A stretch of DNA of 64,000 nucleotides from the human T2T-CHM13v2.0 reference genome, Homo sapiens. This document shows, piece after piece, positions 1 through 18,265 of this stretch (the stretch's first letter is position 1; the number at the start of each line of letters is the position of its first letter). The translations under genes and the position numbers were made by a program. The stretch lies in the NCBI RefSeq assembly GCF_009914755.1, contig NC_060932.1. The stretch is one strand, 5' to 3'. Below the pieces are notes generated by a model, which saw nothing but the letters and a program-made list of their open reading frames with translations, was not told the origin of the DNA and made no database searches.

Positions 1-64
1 TCCCAAGTGGCCTGTAGCTCATCTCAAATACCTGCTTTGAAAATGAACATTCAGGGGGTGGTTC

Positions 65-73
65 CAAGATGGC
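65..73 (+). promoter_or_regulatory. YY1 site of the L1 internal promoter
   Basis: CAAGATGGC at the start of the L1 5'UTR, the known YY1 motif position. Confidence 0.75.
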
Positions 74-1079
74 TGAATAAGAATAGCTCCAGTCTATAGC
101 TCCCAGCGTGAGCGACACAGAAGACCGGTGATTTCTGCATTTCCAACTGAGGTACCAGGTTCATCTCACTGGGGCTTGTCGGACTGTGGGGGCAGGACAG
201 TAGGTGCAGCCCACCGAGCGTGAGGCGAAGCAGGGCGAGGCATCGCCTCACTCGGGAAGTGGAAGGGGTCAGGGAATTCCCTTTCCTAGCCAAGGGAAGG
301 GGCGACCGACAGCACCTGGAAAAGCGGGTCACTCCCACCCTAATACTGCGCTTTTCCAATGGTCTTAGCAAATGGCACACCAGGAGATCATATCCCACGC
401 CTGGCTCAGAGGGTCCCACGCCCACAGAGCCTCTCTCATTGCTAGCACAGCAGTCTGAGATCAATCTGCAAGGCAGCAGCGAGGTGAGGGAGGGGCGCCC
501 ACCGTTGCTGAGGCTTGAGTAGGTAAACAAAGCGGCCGAGAAGCTCGATCTAGGTGGAGCCCACCGCAGCTCAAGGAGGCCTACCTGCCTCTGTAGACTC
601 CACCTTTGGGCCAGGGCATAGCCGAACAAAAGGCAGCAGAAACCTCTGCAGACTTAAATGTCTCTGTCTGACAGGTTTGAAGTGAGTAGTGGTTCTCCCA
701 ACATGGAGTTTGAGATCTGAGAACAGACAGACTGCCTTCTCAAGTGGGTCCCTGACCCCCGAGTAGCCTAACTGGGAGGCACCCTCCAGTAGGGGCAGAC
801 TGAAACCTTACATGGCTGGGTAACCCTCTGAGATGAAGCTTCCAGAGGAATGATCAGGCAGCAACATGTGCTGTTCAGCAATATTCATTGTTCTGCAGCC
901 TCAGCTGCTGATACCCAGGCAAACAGGGTCTGGAGTGGACCTCCAGCAAACCCCAAAAGACCTGCAGCTGAGAGTCCTGACTGGTAGAAGGAAAATTAAC
1001 AAACAGAAAGGACATCCACACCAAAACCCCATCTGTACGTCACCATCATCAAAGACCAAAGGTAGATAAAACCACAAAG

Positions 1080-2094
1080 ATGGGGAATAAACAGAGCAGA
1101 AAAGCCGAAAATTTTAAAAATCAGAGTCCCTCTCCCCCTCCAAAGGAACACAGCTCCTCACCAGCAACAGAACAAAGCTGGATGGAGAATGACTTTCACA
1201 AGTTGAGAGAAGAAGGCTTCAGAAGATCCAACTTCTCCGAGCTAAAGGAGGAAGTTCGAACCCATTGCAAAGAAGCTAAAAACCATGAAAAAAGACTGGA
1301 CGAATGGCTAACTAGAATAACGAATGTAGAGAAGTCCTTAAATGACCTGATGGAGCTGAAAAACATGGCATGAGAACTATGTGACGAATGCACAAGCTTC
1401 AGTAGCCGATTCAATAAACTGGAAGACAGAGTATCAGTGATGGAAGATCAAATGAGTGAAATGAAGTGAGAAGAGAAATTTAGGGAAAAAAGAGTAAAAA
1501 GAAACCAACAAAGCCTCCAAGAAATATGGGACTATGTGAATAGACCAAATCTATGTCTGATTGGTGTACCTGAAAGTGACGGGGAGAATGGAACCAAGTT
1601 GGAAAACACTCTGCAGGATATTATCCAGGAGAACTTCCCCAACCAGCAAGGTAGGCCAACATTCAAATTCAGGAAATACACACAACGCCACAAAGATACT
1701 CCTCAAGAAGAGCAACTCTAAGACACATAATTGTCAGATTCAACAAAGTTGAAATGAAGGAAAAAATGTTAAGGGCAGCCAGAGAGAAAGGTCGGGTTAC
1801 CCACAAAGGGAAGCCCATCAGACTAACAGCAGAACTCTCAGCAGAAACTCTACAAGCCAGAAGAGAGTGGGGCCAATATTCAACGTTCTTAAAGAAAAGA
1901 ATTTTCAACCCAGAATTTCATATCCAGCCAAACTAAGCTTCATAAGTGAAGGAGAAATAAAATACTTTACAGATAAGCAAATGCTGAGAGATTTTGTCAC
2001 CACCAGGCATGCCCTACAAGAGCTCCTGAAGGAAGCACTAAACATGGAAAGGAATAACTGGTACCAGCCACTGCAAAAACATGCCAAACTGTGA
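1080..2094 (+). pseudogene. Disrupted L1 ORF1p
   Basis: MGNKQSRK start to ...LQKHAKL stop; premature stop at 1371-1373 and frameshifts split it into fragments. Confidence 0.95.
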
Positions 2095-2191
2095 AGACCA
2101 TCCCTACAAGAGCTCCTGAAGGAAGCACTAAACATGGAAAGGAATAACTGGTACCAGCCACTGCAAAAACATGCCAAACTGTGAAGACCAT
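2012..2191 (+). repeat. Perfect 90-bp tandem duplication at the ORF1 3' end
   Basis: 2012-2101 is identical to 2102-2191. Confidence 0.95.
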
Positions 2192-2247
2192 CGATGCTAT
2201 GAAGAAACTGCATCAACTAACGAGCAAAATAACCAGCTAACATCATA

Positions 2248-6072
<3,825 letters not shown>

Positions 6073-6804
6073 ACAATGAGAAAGCTTGGACACAGGAAGG
6101 GGAACATCACACACTGGGGCCTGTCATGGGGTCGGGGGTAGGGGGGAGGGATAGCATTGGGAGGTATACCTAATGTAAATGATGAGTTAATGGGTGCAGC
6201 ACCCCAACATGGCGCATGTATACATGTGTAACAAACCTGCTCATTGTGCACATGTACCCTAGAACTTAAAGTATAATTTAAAAAAAAAGAAAAGAAAATG
6301 AACATTCAAAGTCAATGCTACCAAATAATGCCAATGAGAACGCATCAAAAACACACTAAAAAAGATGAATTTTCAGTTTCCTTTTATCAATGTTGTTCAA
6401 AGCCTGATTTTCAGGACTTAATTTTGGCCTCCCCTGTGCTTCGTTGGGCTTGTCAATTCTTTAGTAGATGGATCCTTGTGATCAGGACTAAACCTGGCGC
6501 ATGGATCATTGAGCTACCTTAGTGTCTACAGCCTCTTGGCCTGCCTGCACTCCTTACAGTGTGCCCTGGGTGCTAAACATCCCATCCAAGCCTGAAATCC
6601 ACACTCCACACATAGATATCCATCTCTCTGGCCACTTTCGGTATGCAAAAATCAATTGCTTATAAGAATGAGTCAATCTGGTGAGTGATATATGGAAGAG
6701 CCAATTTCTCTTCTAGATTAAAAGTAAAAACAGTTAAAATTTTGCTCACCCTAAGGCATTACATTTAGATTGTCTCCTCCTCCAGTTAGAAGCATGGAAA
6801 TGTG

Positions 6805-7171
<367 letters not shown>

Positions 7172-7417
7172 TTAGACCTTTCAGATTTTAGAGTCACACT
7201 ACAGCTGTGAGCTAGTACTTTACTGAATGATGTCACTATATGACTAGCATTATACCATCACTATTAAGGAATCTTGGGTAAAAATCACCGATATTTTAGA
7301 AAATCATCCCAAAATTAGAGACATACACATACATACAAAAAATAGTTATAAATTATTTTGAATCAGTAAATAATTTGTCAAACATTTTTATAATCTGACC
7401 AATTTTTATAGTATTAT

Positions 7418-7771
7418 TGTGTGAGTCCGATTGTGGGGCTCTAACAAAACACCTGACACTGAGTAACTTATAAACAACAGAAATTTATTTCTCACAGTTC
7501 TGGGGGCTGGGAAATCCAAGATCAAGGCACTGGCAGGTTGATGGTTGATAAGGGTTGCCCTCTCTGCTTCCAAGATTCAACTTTGTTGCTGCATCCTTCA
7601 GAAGGGATGAATACTATATCTTCACATGGCAAAAACCCTTTTATAAGGCAATAATCCGTTAGCCCACATGGTCTAACCCCCTCCTGAAGTCTCCACCTCT
7701 TTATTCTGTTGCCTTGGGAATCAAGTTTCAACATGAATTTTGAATGGGGCACAAACATTTAAACCATAGCA
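7418..7771 (-). mobile_element. MaLR solo LTR (MSTC/MSTD-like)
   Basis: AGAAATTTATTTCTCACAGTTCTGG...CCAAGATCAAGG motif; ends AAACCATAGCA. Confidence 0.8.
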
Positions 7772-8305
7772 ATTGTCTTTGACTTACTGTTTTTTTTTTT
7801 TTAAGGTAGGCTACTTAAAAATCTCTTCGGTTCCTTAATACTCACATTAAGAAACTTTTATCAGAGTTCTACAAAATTGGAATGCCACGAAGCAGAACTC
7901 TCATGAAGTCATTTCTTTCCCATGTAATATATATTTAAAGGCAGATTGATTACAGATGATGAATGTGGAACACTAATCTCTCATTTAAAAACTCAGTAAC
8001 TGAGAAGAACAAGTTATTTAGCAGAAATATTCAGTGAAGTTGCACTCTTTTGAGAGAGAAAAACTAGCTTTGACACCATGGAGCTTTCTGCTCCACTCAT
8101 CTGTAGTTGTAAAAGGGAGAAAGGCACAAAGCAGAATCAATTATTGTTCCTTGCAGGAAACTAGAAATTCTTTCCACTTGACCTGCTTGACCCAATCATT
8201 GAAATTGCGCCCTTTGTAAAATGTATTTTTTTACTCTTCAGTTTTCTGTGCAGTTTCATACACCAACCTGTGATACAAATTTTGACTCAAGAAGCTCATA
8301 TTTCT

Positions 8306-8627
8306 TTCTTTTTAAAATTTTTTTTAAGATACAAGATCTTACTCTGTCACCCAGGCTGCAGTGAGGTGGCACAATCATAGCTAAATGCAGCCACAAATAT
8401 CTGGCTTCAGGTGATCCTCCTGCTTTGGCCTCCCAAGTAGCTGGGACTACAGGTATGTGCCACCACATCTGGCTAATTAATTTTTTTTAATTTTTTTTTT
8501 TTTTTTTTGTAGAGAAATAGTCTCACTATGTTGCCTAGGCTGGTCTCAAACTCCTGGCCTCAAGCAATCCTATTGCCTTAGCTTTCCAAAGCACTGGGAT
8601 TATAGATGGGAGCCATCGTGCCTGGCC
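8306..8627 (-). mobile_element. Alu (AluJ-like)
   Basis: Diverged antisense Alu with CACAATCATAGCT and CTCAAGCAATCC. Confidence 0.9.
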
Positions 8628-8645
8628 AAAAAGCTGATGTTTCTC

Positions 8646-8947
<302 letters not shown>

Positions 8948-9756
8948 AGCTCATGTTTCTTAAAATGCTTTGCTTTTAAATGCTGGACACAACTTTACAA
9001 AGCATATTTAAATAGATCTTAGATGGCATGAATGCACAGGCCCTCCACATCTTAGACAAATAGCTCACATACGTCATGGACAGAGACTATTTAAAATATT
9101 TTGTTCTTCTTTGCAAAGGAAAAACCAATGCTGCTGTTCCCTTCCACGTGAAGGAGCTCCGTTGGTGTAATTCCAAGACTGAGCCTCCCTCTGCTCCTTT
9201 GCTCAGTTTGTCCCCAGGAGGTAGAAGACTCCTCTGACTATTAAGTGTCAACTTTGAGGAAGATACATTTCCGGAAGGATGAATGGAGCGTGCTTGGCTC
9301 AGCTCTGCCTTCTTCCTCTTGGAGTAGGGGTGCGTAGCAAACTCCCATTTTCCTCTGCACCCCCAAGCTCAGCCACTGCCTGTGAGCCCGGCTTTCACAA
9401 GCTGTGCATTTGCCCTCTGAACTAAGCTTTAGTCTCCAACTAAGCCTTTGTCATAATACATTTTATGTCTTACTCCATGTTTCATTTCTCAGCCTATTCA
9501 GATATCCAGCTGAGATAAAAGCGTGTATTTTTGTTTTAGGACCTGTCACATACCTCAATACTTGTGCATGAACAAGGAACACTGACAAATATAAACAGAA
9601 GAGGGGAATTTGTGGAAGATAGGCTGTTAGTGGGAGCAAGGTTTTCTGGCTTTAGACATTGGACTTCACTGTGTAAACAGTAACTGACCTTCACACTTTC
9701 TACAGTATCATAAGAGGTCAGATGAGCTTTTAAAATTGTGTGGTCGACTATGGTGA

Positions 9757-10210
9757 TTTTTTAAAATTTAATTTAATTTAAAGTTTTGGGATACATGTGC
9801 AGGATATGCAGGTTTGTTACCTAGGTATACATGTGCCATGGTGGTTTGCTGCACCTATCAACCCATTGCCTAGGCATTAAGCCCCATGTGCATTAGCTAT
9901 TTATCCTGATGCTCTGCCTCCCCCTGTCCCTACCCCCTACAGATCCCAGTGTGTTGTTCCCCTCCCCGTGTCCATGTGTTCTCATTGTTCAGCTCTCACT
10001 TACATGTGAGAACATGCAGTGTTTGGTTCTCTGTTCCTGCATTAATTTGCTGAGGGTAATTCACAATAGCAAATACATGGAATCAACCCAAAAGCCTATC
10101 AATGATAGATTGGATAAAGAAAATGTGATACATATAGAGCATGGAATACTATCTAGCCATAAAAAGGAATGAAATTGAGTCCTTTACAGGGACTTGGATG
10201 GAGCTGGAAG
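9757..10210 (-). mobile_element. 5'-truncated, 5'-inverted L1 (older L1PA)
   Basis: Antisense L1 3' end at 9757-10059 joined to sense-oriented ORF2 C-terminal sequence at 10060-10210. Confidence 0.85.
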
Positions 10211-10926
10211 CTATGGTAAAAGTTTTTATCATACTGGGTAACCTTAACTTATGACAACTTTATGTGCACGCCATGGCTGTTTGTGTAGGCAGGGGAGTGT
10301 ACTTTGAGGACTCAAGAAAATGATGCTCAGAACTCACTGAACCTACAGAAGCTTGGGCCTCAGCAAGGACTGAAAAAGAACTTGGTTCTCCAATGGCCCC
10401 AACTGCAAGGGTCCCAGCTTGAGCACAAGCCTCCAGCAGGCACAGGGAGAACCAGGTACAGACTCACTCCTCAGTTCACCATGCAGTCATTGCGGTGGGG
10501 AAGACGCAACCATAGAGCAAAAACAGGCATTCTTCACTTAGGACATAACATGTTGGAGAGAGAACAATTTTTAATGGTTTTACTGTCTTCTTAGCTAGGG
10601 GTGGTAAGGCAATTCAATTCTACACATGCTACATAATGCTTCCTTTAAGTGATTAACAGCTAGACAGGAAAGAATAGATTTGCTGCCCAAAATTTCATTT
10701 GCAAGCAGGACCAAGGAGGAAATTGAAGAGATTATTTTAGAATTAACTTGGTGTCTTCATAGAATCCAGTTTCAAAATGCCAAATCATTTCTAGGTGGGA
10801 ACACAGTTGCTACAGGTGTCTGTAGATATGCCTGGAGGGAGAGCATGTGATAAATATATAGAATTTGAGAGAAAAAACAATATTGAGATCCTCTTGTTTG
10901 AGATATTCTCCTCTCTCATCCCTTTA

Positions 10927-11346
<420 letters not shown>

Positions 11347-11698
11347 GCCCTGGGTGTGCAGGCATCAGAAGCATCAACAGCAACTTCAGTTTAAGTGCCT
11401 GGCAGGGGTGATTTTCCAGCAGAAATGAATCTGGGTTGGAAGGGAAAAATATTTTCCAGGCAGTGGGTTTATTAGGGCTAAGCAATAGTATGATAAGCCC
11501 ATTGAAAATCCGAAAACATAATAAATGACAGTTTCTGGACCCACTAAATGACCTCACCATTTCTTTTTTCTTCAATTAAAATAAGAAGTTTATTCCCATT
11601 CTTTCCATTTCCTGGAAAATGAAATGAACAGATGGTTGGCATCTTACATGTTGCCCCAGGTGAGAATATATTTTTGTTCACATTTGCTCACTCACCAC

Positions 11699-14600
11699 TT
11701 TTTTATAACTTTTATTTTAGGTTCAGGGGTACATGTGGAGGCTTGTTATACAGGCACATGACATGTCACAGGGGTTTGGTGTACAGATAATTTTGTCACT
11801 CAGGTAATCAGCATAGTACCCGATGGGTAGTTTTTGGATCCTTGCCCTCTTCCCACCCTCCACCTTCCAGTAGGCCCTGCTGTCAGTTGTTCCCCTGTTT
11901 GTGTCCATGTGTACTTGACATGGTTTAGCTCTGTGTCCCCACTCAAATCCCATGTAAATTGTAATCCCTAATATTGGAGGAAGGGCTTGGAGGGAGGTGA
12001 TTGGATCATAGAGGTGGTTTCTAATGGTTTGGCACCATTCCCCTAGTGCTGTCTCATGATAGAGTTATCGTGAGATCTAGCTGTTTGAAAATGTGCAGAA
12101 CCTCCCCCCACCCTCCTACCAGCCATATAAAGATGTGCTTGCTTCCCCTTTGCCCTTCACCATGATTGTAAATTTCCTAAGGCCCCCCCCAGAAGCAGAA
12201 GCCTGTACAGCCTGCGGAACTGTGAGCCAATTAAACCTGTTTTATTCACAAATTACCCAGTCTCAGATAGTTTTTTATAGCAGTACAAGAATGGACTAGT
12301 ACAGTACTTAATGTTTAGCTCCCACTGATCATTGAGAACGTGCAGTATTTGGTTTTCTGTTCCTGCCTTAATGCACTTAAGATAATGACCTCCAGCTACA
12401 TCCATGTTTCTGCAAAGGACACAATCTCAGTCTTTTATAGGGCTGTGTAGCATTCCATGGTGTATATGTACCAGTTTTCTTTATCCAGTCTACTTTTGAT
12501 GGGCATTTAGGTTGATTCCGTATCTTTGCTTTTGTGAATAATGCTGCAGTGAATATATTCCTATGCATATTCAGGTGTGTTTGTGGTAGAACAATTTATA
12601 TTCCTTTGGGTATGTACCCAATAATGGGATTGCTGGGTCTAACCGTAATTCTGCTTTAAGTTCTTTGAAAAACTGTCCAACTCCTTCCCACAATGGCTGA
12701 ACTGATTTACATTCCCATCAGCAGTGTTTAAATGGTCCCTTTTGTCTGCAGCCTCACCAGCATCTATTACTTTTTGACTTTTTAATCATAGCCATTCTGA
12801 CTTGTGTGAGATGGTATCTCATTGTGGTTTTGATTTGCATTTCTCTACTTATTGGTGATGTTGAGCATTTTTTCATATGCAGTTACCACGTATATGTTTT
12901 CTTTTGAAAAGTGTTCGGGTTCTTTGCCCACTGTTCAATGGGGTTGTTTGTGTTTTTCTGCTTGTGAATTTAAGTTCCTTATAGATTTTGGATATTAGAC
13001 CTTTGTCAGATGCACAGTTTGCAAACATTTTCTCCCACTCTGTAGGTTGTCTTCTTATTCTATTGATAGTTTATTTTGCTTCATAGGAGCTCTTTAGTTT
13101 AATTAGGTCCCATTCATCTGCTTTTGTTTTTGTGGCAACTGATTTTGGTGTCTTCCTCATGAAATCTTTGACAGGGTCTATATCAAGATGGTATTTCCTA
13201 GGTTATCTTCCAATGATTTTATAGTTTTAGATTTGACATTTAAGTATTAAATCCATCTTGAGCTGATTTTTGTATGTGATGTAAAAAGAGTTTCAATCTT
13301 CTGCATATGGCTAGCCAGTTACCCCAACGCCACTTATTGAATAGGGAGTCAGTTCCCCATTACTCTTTTTTGTAGACCTTGTTGAAGATCAGATGGTTGT
13401 AGATGTGGCCTTATTTATGGGCTCTCTATTCTGTTCCAGTGGTCTATGTGCTTTTGTACCAGTACCATTGTTTTGGTTACTGTAGCCTGTAGTATAGTTT
13501 GAAGTCAGGTAATGTGATGCCTTCAGTTTGTTCTTTTGCTTAGGATAGACCTGGCTATTCAGGCTCTCTCTTTCTCTCTTTTTTTTTTCTTTTGCTTTCA
13601 TGTGAATGTTAAAATAGTTTGTTCTAATTCTATGAAGAGTGTCGTTGGTAACTTGATAGAAATAGCATGAGTTTATAAATCTCTTTGGGCAGCATGGCCA
13701 TTTTCAAAATATTGATTCTTCCTATCCATGAGCATGGAATGTTTTTCTCATTTGTTTGTGTCACCTCTGACTTCTTTGAGCAGTGTTTTCTAATTCTCGT
13801 TGTAGATATCTTTCACCTCCCTGGGTAGCTGTGTTCCTAGGTATCTTACTCTTTTTGTGGCTATTGTGAATAAGATTGCATTCTTGGTTTGGATGTTGTT
13901 GTTTTATAGAAATGCTACTGGTTTTTGTACATTGGTTTTGTACCCTGAAACTTGGCTGAAGTTGTTTATTACATCTAGCAGCTTTTGGGCAGAGTCTATA
14001 GGATTTTCTAGGTAGAGAAACATACCATCTGTGAAGAGAAATAGTTTGACTTTCTCTCTTCCTACTTGAATTACTTTTATTTCTATTTCTTCCCTGATTA
14101 TTCTAGCTAGGACTTCCAGTACTATGGTGAATAAGAGTGGTGAGAGTGGGCCTCCTTTTCTTGTTGATGTTCTCAAGGGAAATGCTTCCAGCTTTTGCCC
14201 ATTCAGGATGATGGTAACTGAGGGTTTGTCATAGATGGCTCTTATTATTTTGAGGGATACTCTTTAATGCCTAGTTTGTTGAGGGTTTTAAAGATGAAAG
14301 AATGTTGAATTTTATTGAAATTCTTTTCTGTGTCTGTTGAGATGATGATGTGGGTTTTATTTTCAGTTGTGTTTATGTAGTGAATAATATTTATTGACTT
14401 ACGTATGTTGAACCAACCTTACATACCAGAGATAAAGCCTAGTCGATCATAGTGAATTAGCTCTTTGATGTGCTGCTGGATTTGGTTTGCTAGTATTTTG
14501 TTGAAGATTTTTGCATCTATGTTCATTGAGAATATTGGCCTGAAGTTCTCTTTTTTGTGTGTGTCTCTGCCATGTTTAGGTATCCAGATAATGCTAGCCA

Positions 14601-17600
14601 CACAGAATGAGTTAGGGAAGAGTCCCACCTCCTCAATTTCTTAAATTACTTTTAGTAGGAATGATACCAGCTTTTTATACATCTGGCAGAATTCAGCTGT
14701 GAATCCATCTGTCCTGGGCTTATTCTGATTGGTAGGCTTTTCATTGCTGATCCAATTTCATAACTCATTATTGGTCTGTTCAGGGATTCAATTTCTTCCT
14801 TGTTCAATCTTGGGAGGTTATTTGTTTCTAGAAATTTATCCATTTCTTCCAGGTTTTCCAGTTTGTGAGTGTAGAAGTGTTCATAGTAGTCTCTGAGAGT
14901 TTTTGTATTTTTGTGGGGTGGTTGGTAATGTCCTCCTTGTAATTACTCATTGTGTTTATTTGGAGCTTCTCTCTTTTCTTCTTCATTAGTTTAACTAACA
15001 ATCTATCGATCATACCTATTCTTTCAGAAAACAAACTACTGGATCCATTGATTTTTTTGTATGGTTTTCTCCATCTCAATTTCCATTCGTTCAGCTCTGA
15101 TTTTTTTATTTCTTTTCTTCTGCTAGCTTCAGAATTGGTTTACTCCTCTTTCTCTAATTTCTCTAGGTATGATATTATGTTGTTAATTTGAGATTGTTTT
15201 AACTTTTTTGATGTGGGTTTTTAGCAAATACACTTCCCTCTTAACACTGCTTTAGCTGTGTCCCAGAGATTCTAGTATTTTTTTTTCATTGGTTTCAAAA
15301 ATTTATTGGTTTTTGCCTTAATTTTATTGTTTACCCAAAGTCAGTCAGGAGAAGGTTGTTTAATTTCCATGCAACTGTTTGATTTTGAGTGATTTTCTTA
15401 GTATTGATTTTTGTTTTTATTTTGCTGTAGTCTGAGAATGTGGTTGGTTGTGTGAGTATATGTTTAATTTGCTGGGGATTGTTTTACGGCTGATTGTGTT
15501 GTTGATTTTAGAGTATGTCCAATGTGAAGATGAAATGAATACATATTATCTTGTTATTGGGTGGAAAGTTCTGTAAATGTCTGTTAGGTCTATTTGGTCA
15601 AGTGTCGAGTCAAGGGCCCAAATATCTTGTTAGTGTTTTGCCTCAGAGATCTATCAAATAAACACTGTCAGTGGAGTGTTAAAGTATTCCACTGTTATTG
15701 TGTGGTTATCTATGTCTCTTTATAGATCTGTAAAAACTTGTTTTAGAAATCTGAGTGTTCCTGCTGGGTCCATATATATTTAGCATAGTTAGGTCTTCTT
15801 GTTGAATTGAACCCTTTACCATTATGTAATGCTCTTCTTTTTCTTTTTTATTATTGTTGGTTTAAAGTCTGTTTTGTCTGAAATTAGAAGAGCAACTCTT
15901 GCTTTTTTCTGTTTTCTATTTTCTTGGTAGATCTTTCTCCTTTCCTTTGAGCTGTGTGGGTGTCACTGCATGTGAGATGGGTCTCTTGATATGTGCAGAT
16001 TTGATCCTGTCATCATGTTGTTAACTGGTTTTTGTGCCAACTTGATTTGTGGTTGCTTTATAGTGTCAATAGTCTATGTACTTCACTGTGATTTTGTGGA
16101 GGCTTGTAATGATCTTTTCCATATTTAGCACTCCCTTAAGGATTTCTTATAAGGCAGATCTAGTGGTAATGATTTCCCTTTGCATTTGCTTGTCTGAAAG
16201 GGATCTTATTTCTTCATTTTTGAAGCTGAATTTGGCTGGAAATGAAATTCTTGTTTGGAATTTGTTCTCTTTAAAAATGCTGAATATATGATCCCAATCT
16301 CTTCTGTCATGTATAATTTCTGCTAAAAGTCCACTGTTAGCCTGATTGAGTTCCCTTTGTAAGTGACCTGACCTTTCTCTCTAGTTGCCTTTGACATTTT
16401 TCTTTCTGTTTGACCTTGGAGGTCTTTGATTACTATGTGTCTTGTATAGATATATACAAGGGGATGATTAGGGGATGATTGTCTTGTATAGTATCTTGCA
16501 GAGTTCTCTGTATTTCCTGAATTTGAAATAGTGAAATTTTCATGGATGATATCCTCAAATATGTTTTGCAAGTTGCTTGGTTTCTTTTCCTCCTTCACGG
16601 ATGCCTGTGTGTCATAGATTTGGTCTCTTTACATAATCCCATATGTCTCAGAGACTTTGTTCATTCTTCTTTATTCTCTTTTCTTTATTTTTGTCTGCCT
16701 CAATTATTTTGGAGAACCAGTCTTCGAGCTCTGAGATTGTTTCCTCAGCTGGTTAATTCTGCTGCTAATATTTGTGATTGTGTTATGAAATTCTTAAAGT
16801 GAGGTTTTCAGCTCTTTCAAATCAGTTTCATTCTTTCTTTAAAAATGGCCATTTCATCTTTCATTTCCTGTATCATTTTATTGTATTCTTCAGATTCCTT
16901 GCATTGGGTTTCAACTTTCTCCTGAATGTCAATTATCTTCATTCCTATCCATATTCTGAATTCTGTTTCTGCCATTTCATCCATTTGAGCCTGGTTAAGA
17001 ATCATTGCTAGGAAGGACACTGGTGTGGTCATTGAGGGAAATAAGGCACTCTGGCTTTTTGAGTTGTCTGAGTTTTTGTGCTGGTTCTTTCTAATCTGTG
17101 TCAGCTGATGTTCCTTTAATCTTTGAAGTTACTGTCCTTTGGATGGTTTTCTTTGCTTGCATCTTCTTTGATGCCCTTGGGAGTTTGATTGTGGTATAAG
17201 GTGGATTCAGTCAACTGGCCTCATTTCTGGAAGAATTTAGTGGGGGCCACAGCTCAGCTCAGCACTCCTGGGCTGTATACTCTAATTGTAGGGAGCTGGT
17301 GGCAAGCCCTGGCTTTATTTTCTGGCTCCTTGAGATTAGGAACCTGCTGAGCTGAGGAGCCAAGGTGTTCCTGGTCTGCTGGCCAGAACACACTGATGGG
17401 TGGTGCCAGCTAAAGTGCTTCATCTGGGCAGTGGCAGCAGGACTCATGCTCATTTGCACACATGCTTGCTGCCATGGAAGCACAGCAGGATGCATGGGTG
17501 TTGACTGGGACAGAGACCACCGGGAAGGGAGCTGTATCATTACTGTGCACACTTTTGCCAGTGGCTAGGGTTGGGGGGAAACAGCTGGGGCAGAGTTGCC

Positions 17601-18265
17601 AGTGTCCATGTTTGTACTTCTGCTGGCAGAAGTGGCTGTGGGGGCTTGGCTTCAGTGGACATGAGGCTGGTGGTCTCCATGTGCATGTTCACAGTGCTGG
17701 GTGGCAGTGGCAGCATAAGATGGGGATGGGGCCAACAGCCACCAGTGACCATTCATACATTCACAGCAGCAGCAGTGGGGGTGTGGGGAGCAGGGTGGGG
17801 TTGCTTGCATCTGAGTGAGTGTTGATGTCAGCAGTGGCAGTGCAGCCAGGTGCCTGCTCATCAGGGAAGCAGGGGCAGCAGGATGTGCTCACACAGGCAG
17901 CAGCTGGATGGCACAGTACACATGCACACACACACCCAGTGGGGGAGAAAAAGTGAACTCTGCCTGTGTCCATGCTGGCAAAGCAGTGGGGGTGTGGCCA
18001 TGGGTTAGTGCATCCTGGCAATGCAGGCATGGAGGAGGCTGCAGTGGGAGAGGGTGTGGGTGGGCTGTTGCGTGTCAGTGGAGGCTGCACTGATAGAGCT
18101 CTCTGATGCTCAGGTGCAGTCTGCTGGTGAAGGAGCTATGATGTGAGCCTCCAGGAAGCACCTTGATTGAGCATCCAAGACTGTGCTGCAAACATGTGCA
18201 GCCAGACTGGGGCCCCATGAGAGGCCAGCAGACAAGGGTGCTGTCAGTTAGAACTGGATCCATCT
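11699..18265 (-). mobile_element. Near-full-length old L1 (L1PA15/16-like)
   Basis: Antisense 3' end at about 11700; degenerate ORF2 and ORF1 peptides ([19 protein letters not shown]); GC-rich 5'UTR at about 17200-18265. 5' boundary approximate. Confidence 0.88.
11916..12303 (+). mobile_element. MSTA-like MaLR solo LTR nested in the L1 3'UTR
   Basis: TG...CA ends with 5-bp TSD GTACT at 11911-11915 and 12304-12308. Confidence 0.9.

Noticed and set aside
51-629. 192-aa antisense ORF in the L1 5'UTR, possibly ORF0
   Set aside because: Non-ATG start, typical of chance open frames in GC-rich L1 UTRs; I cannot verify it as ORF0.
17259-18263. Cluster of overlapping ORFs in a GC-rich region
   Set aside because: It lies in the 5'UTR of the old minus-strand L1 and has no coherent protein signal.
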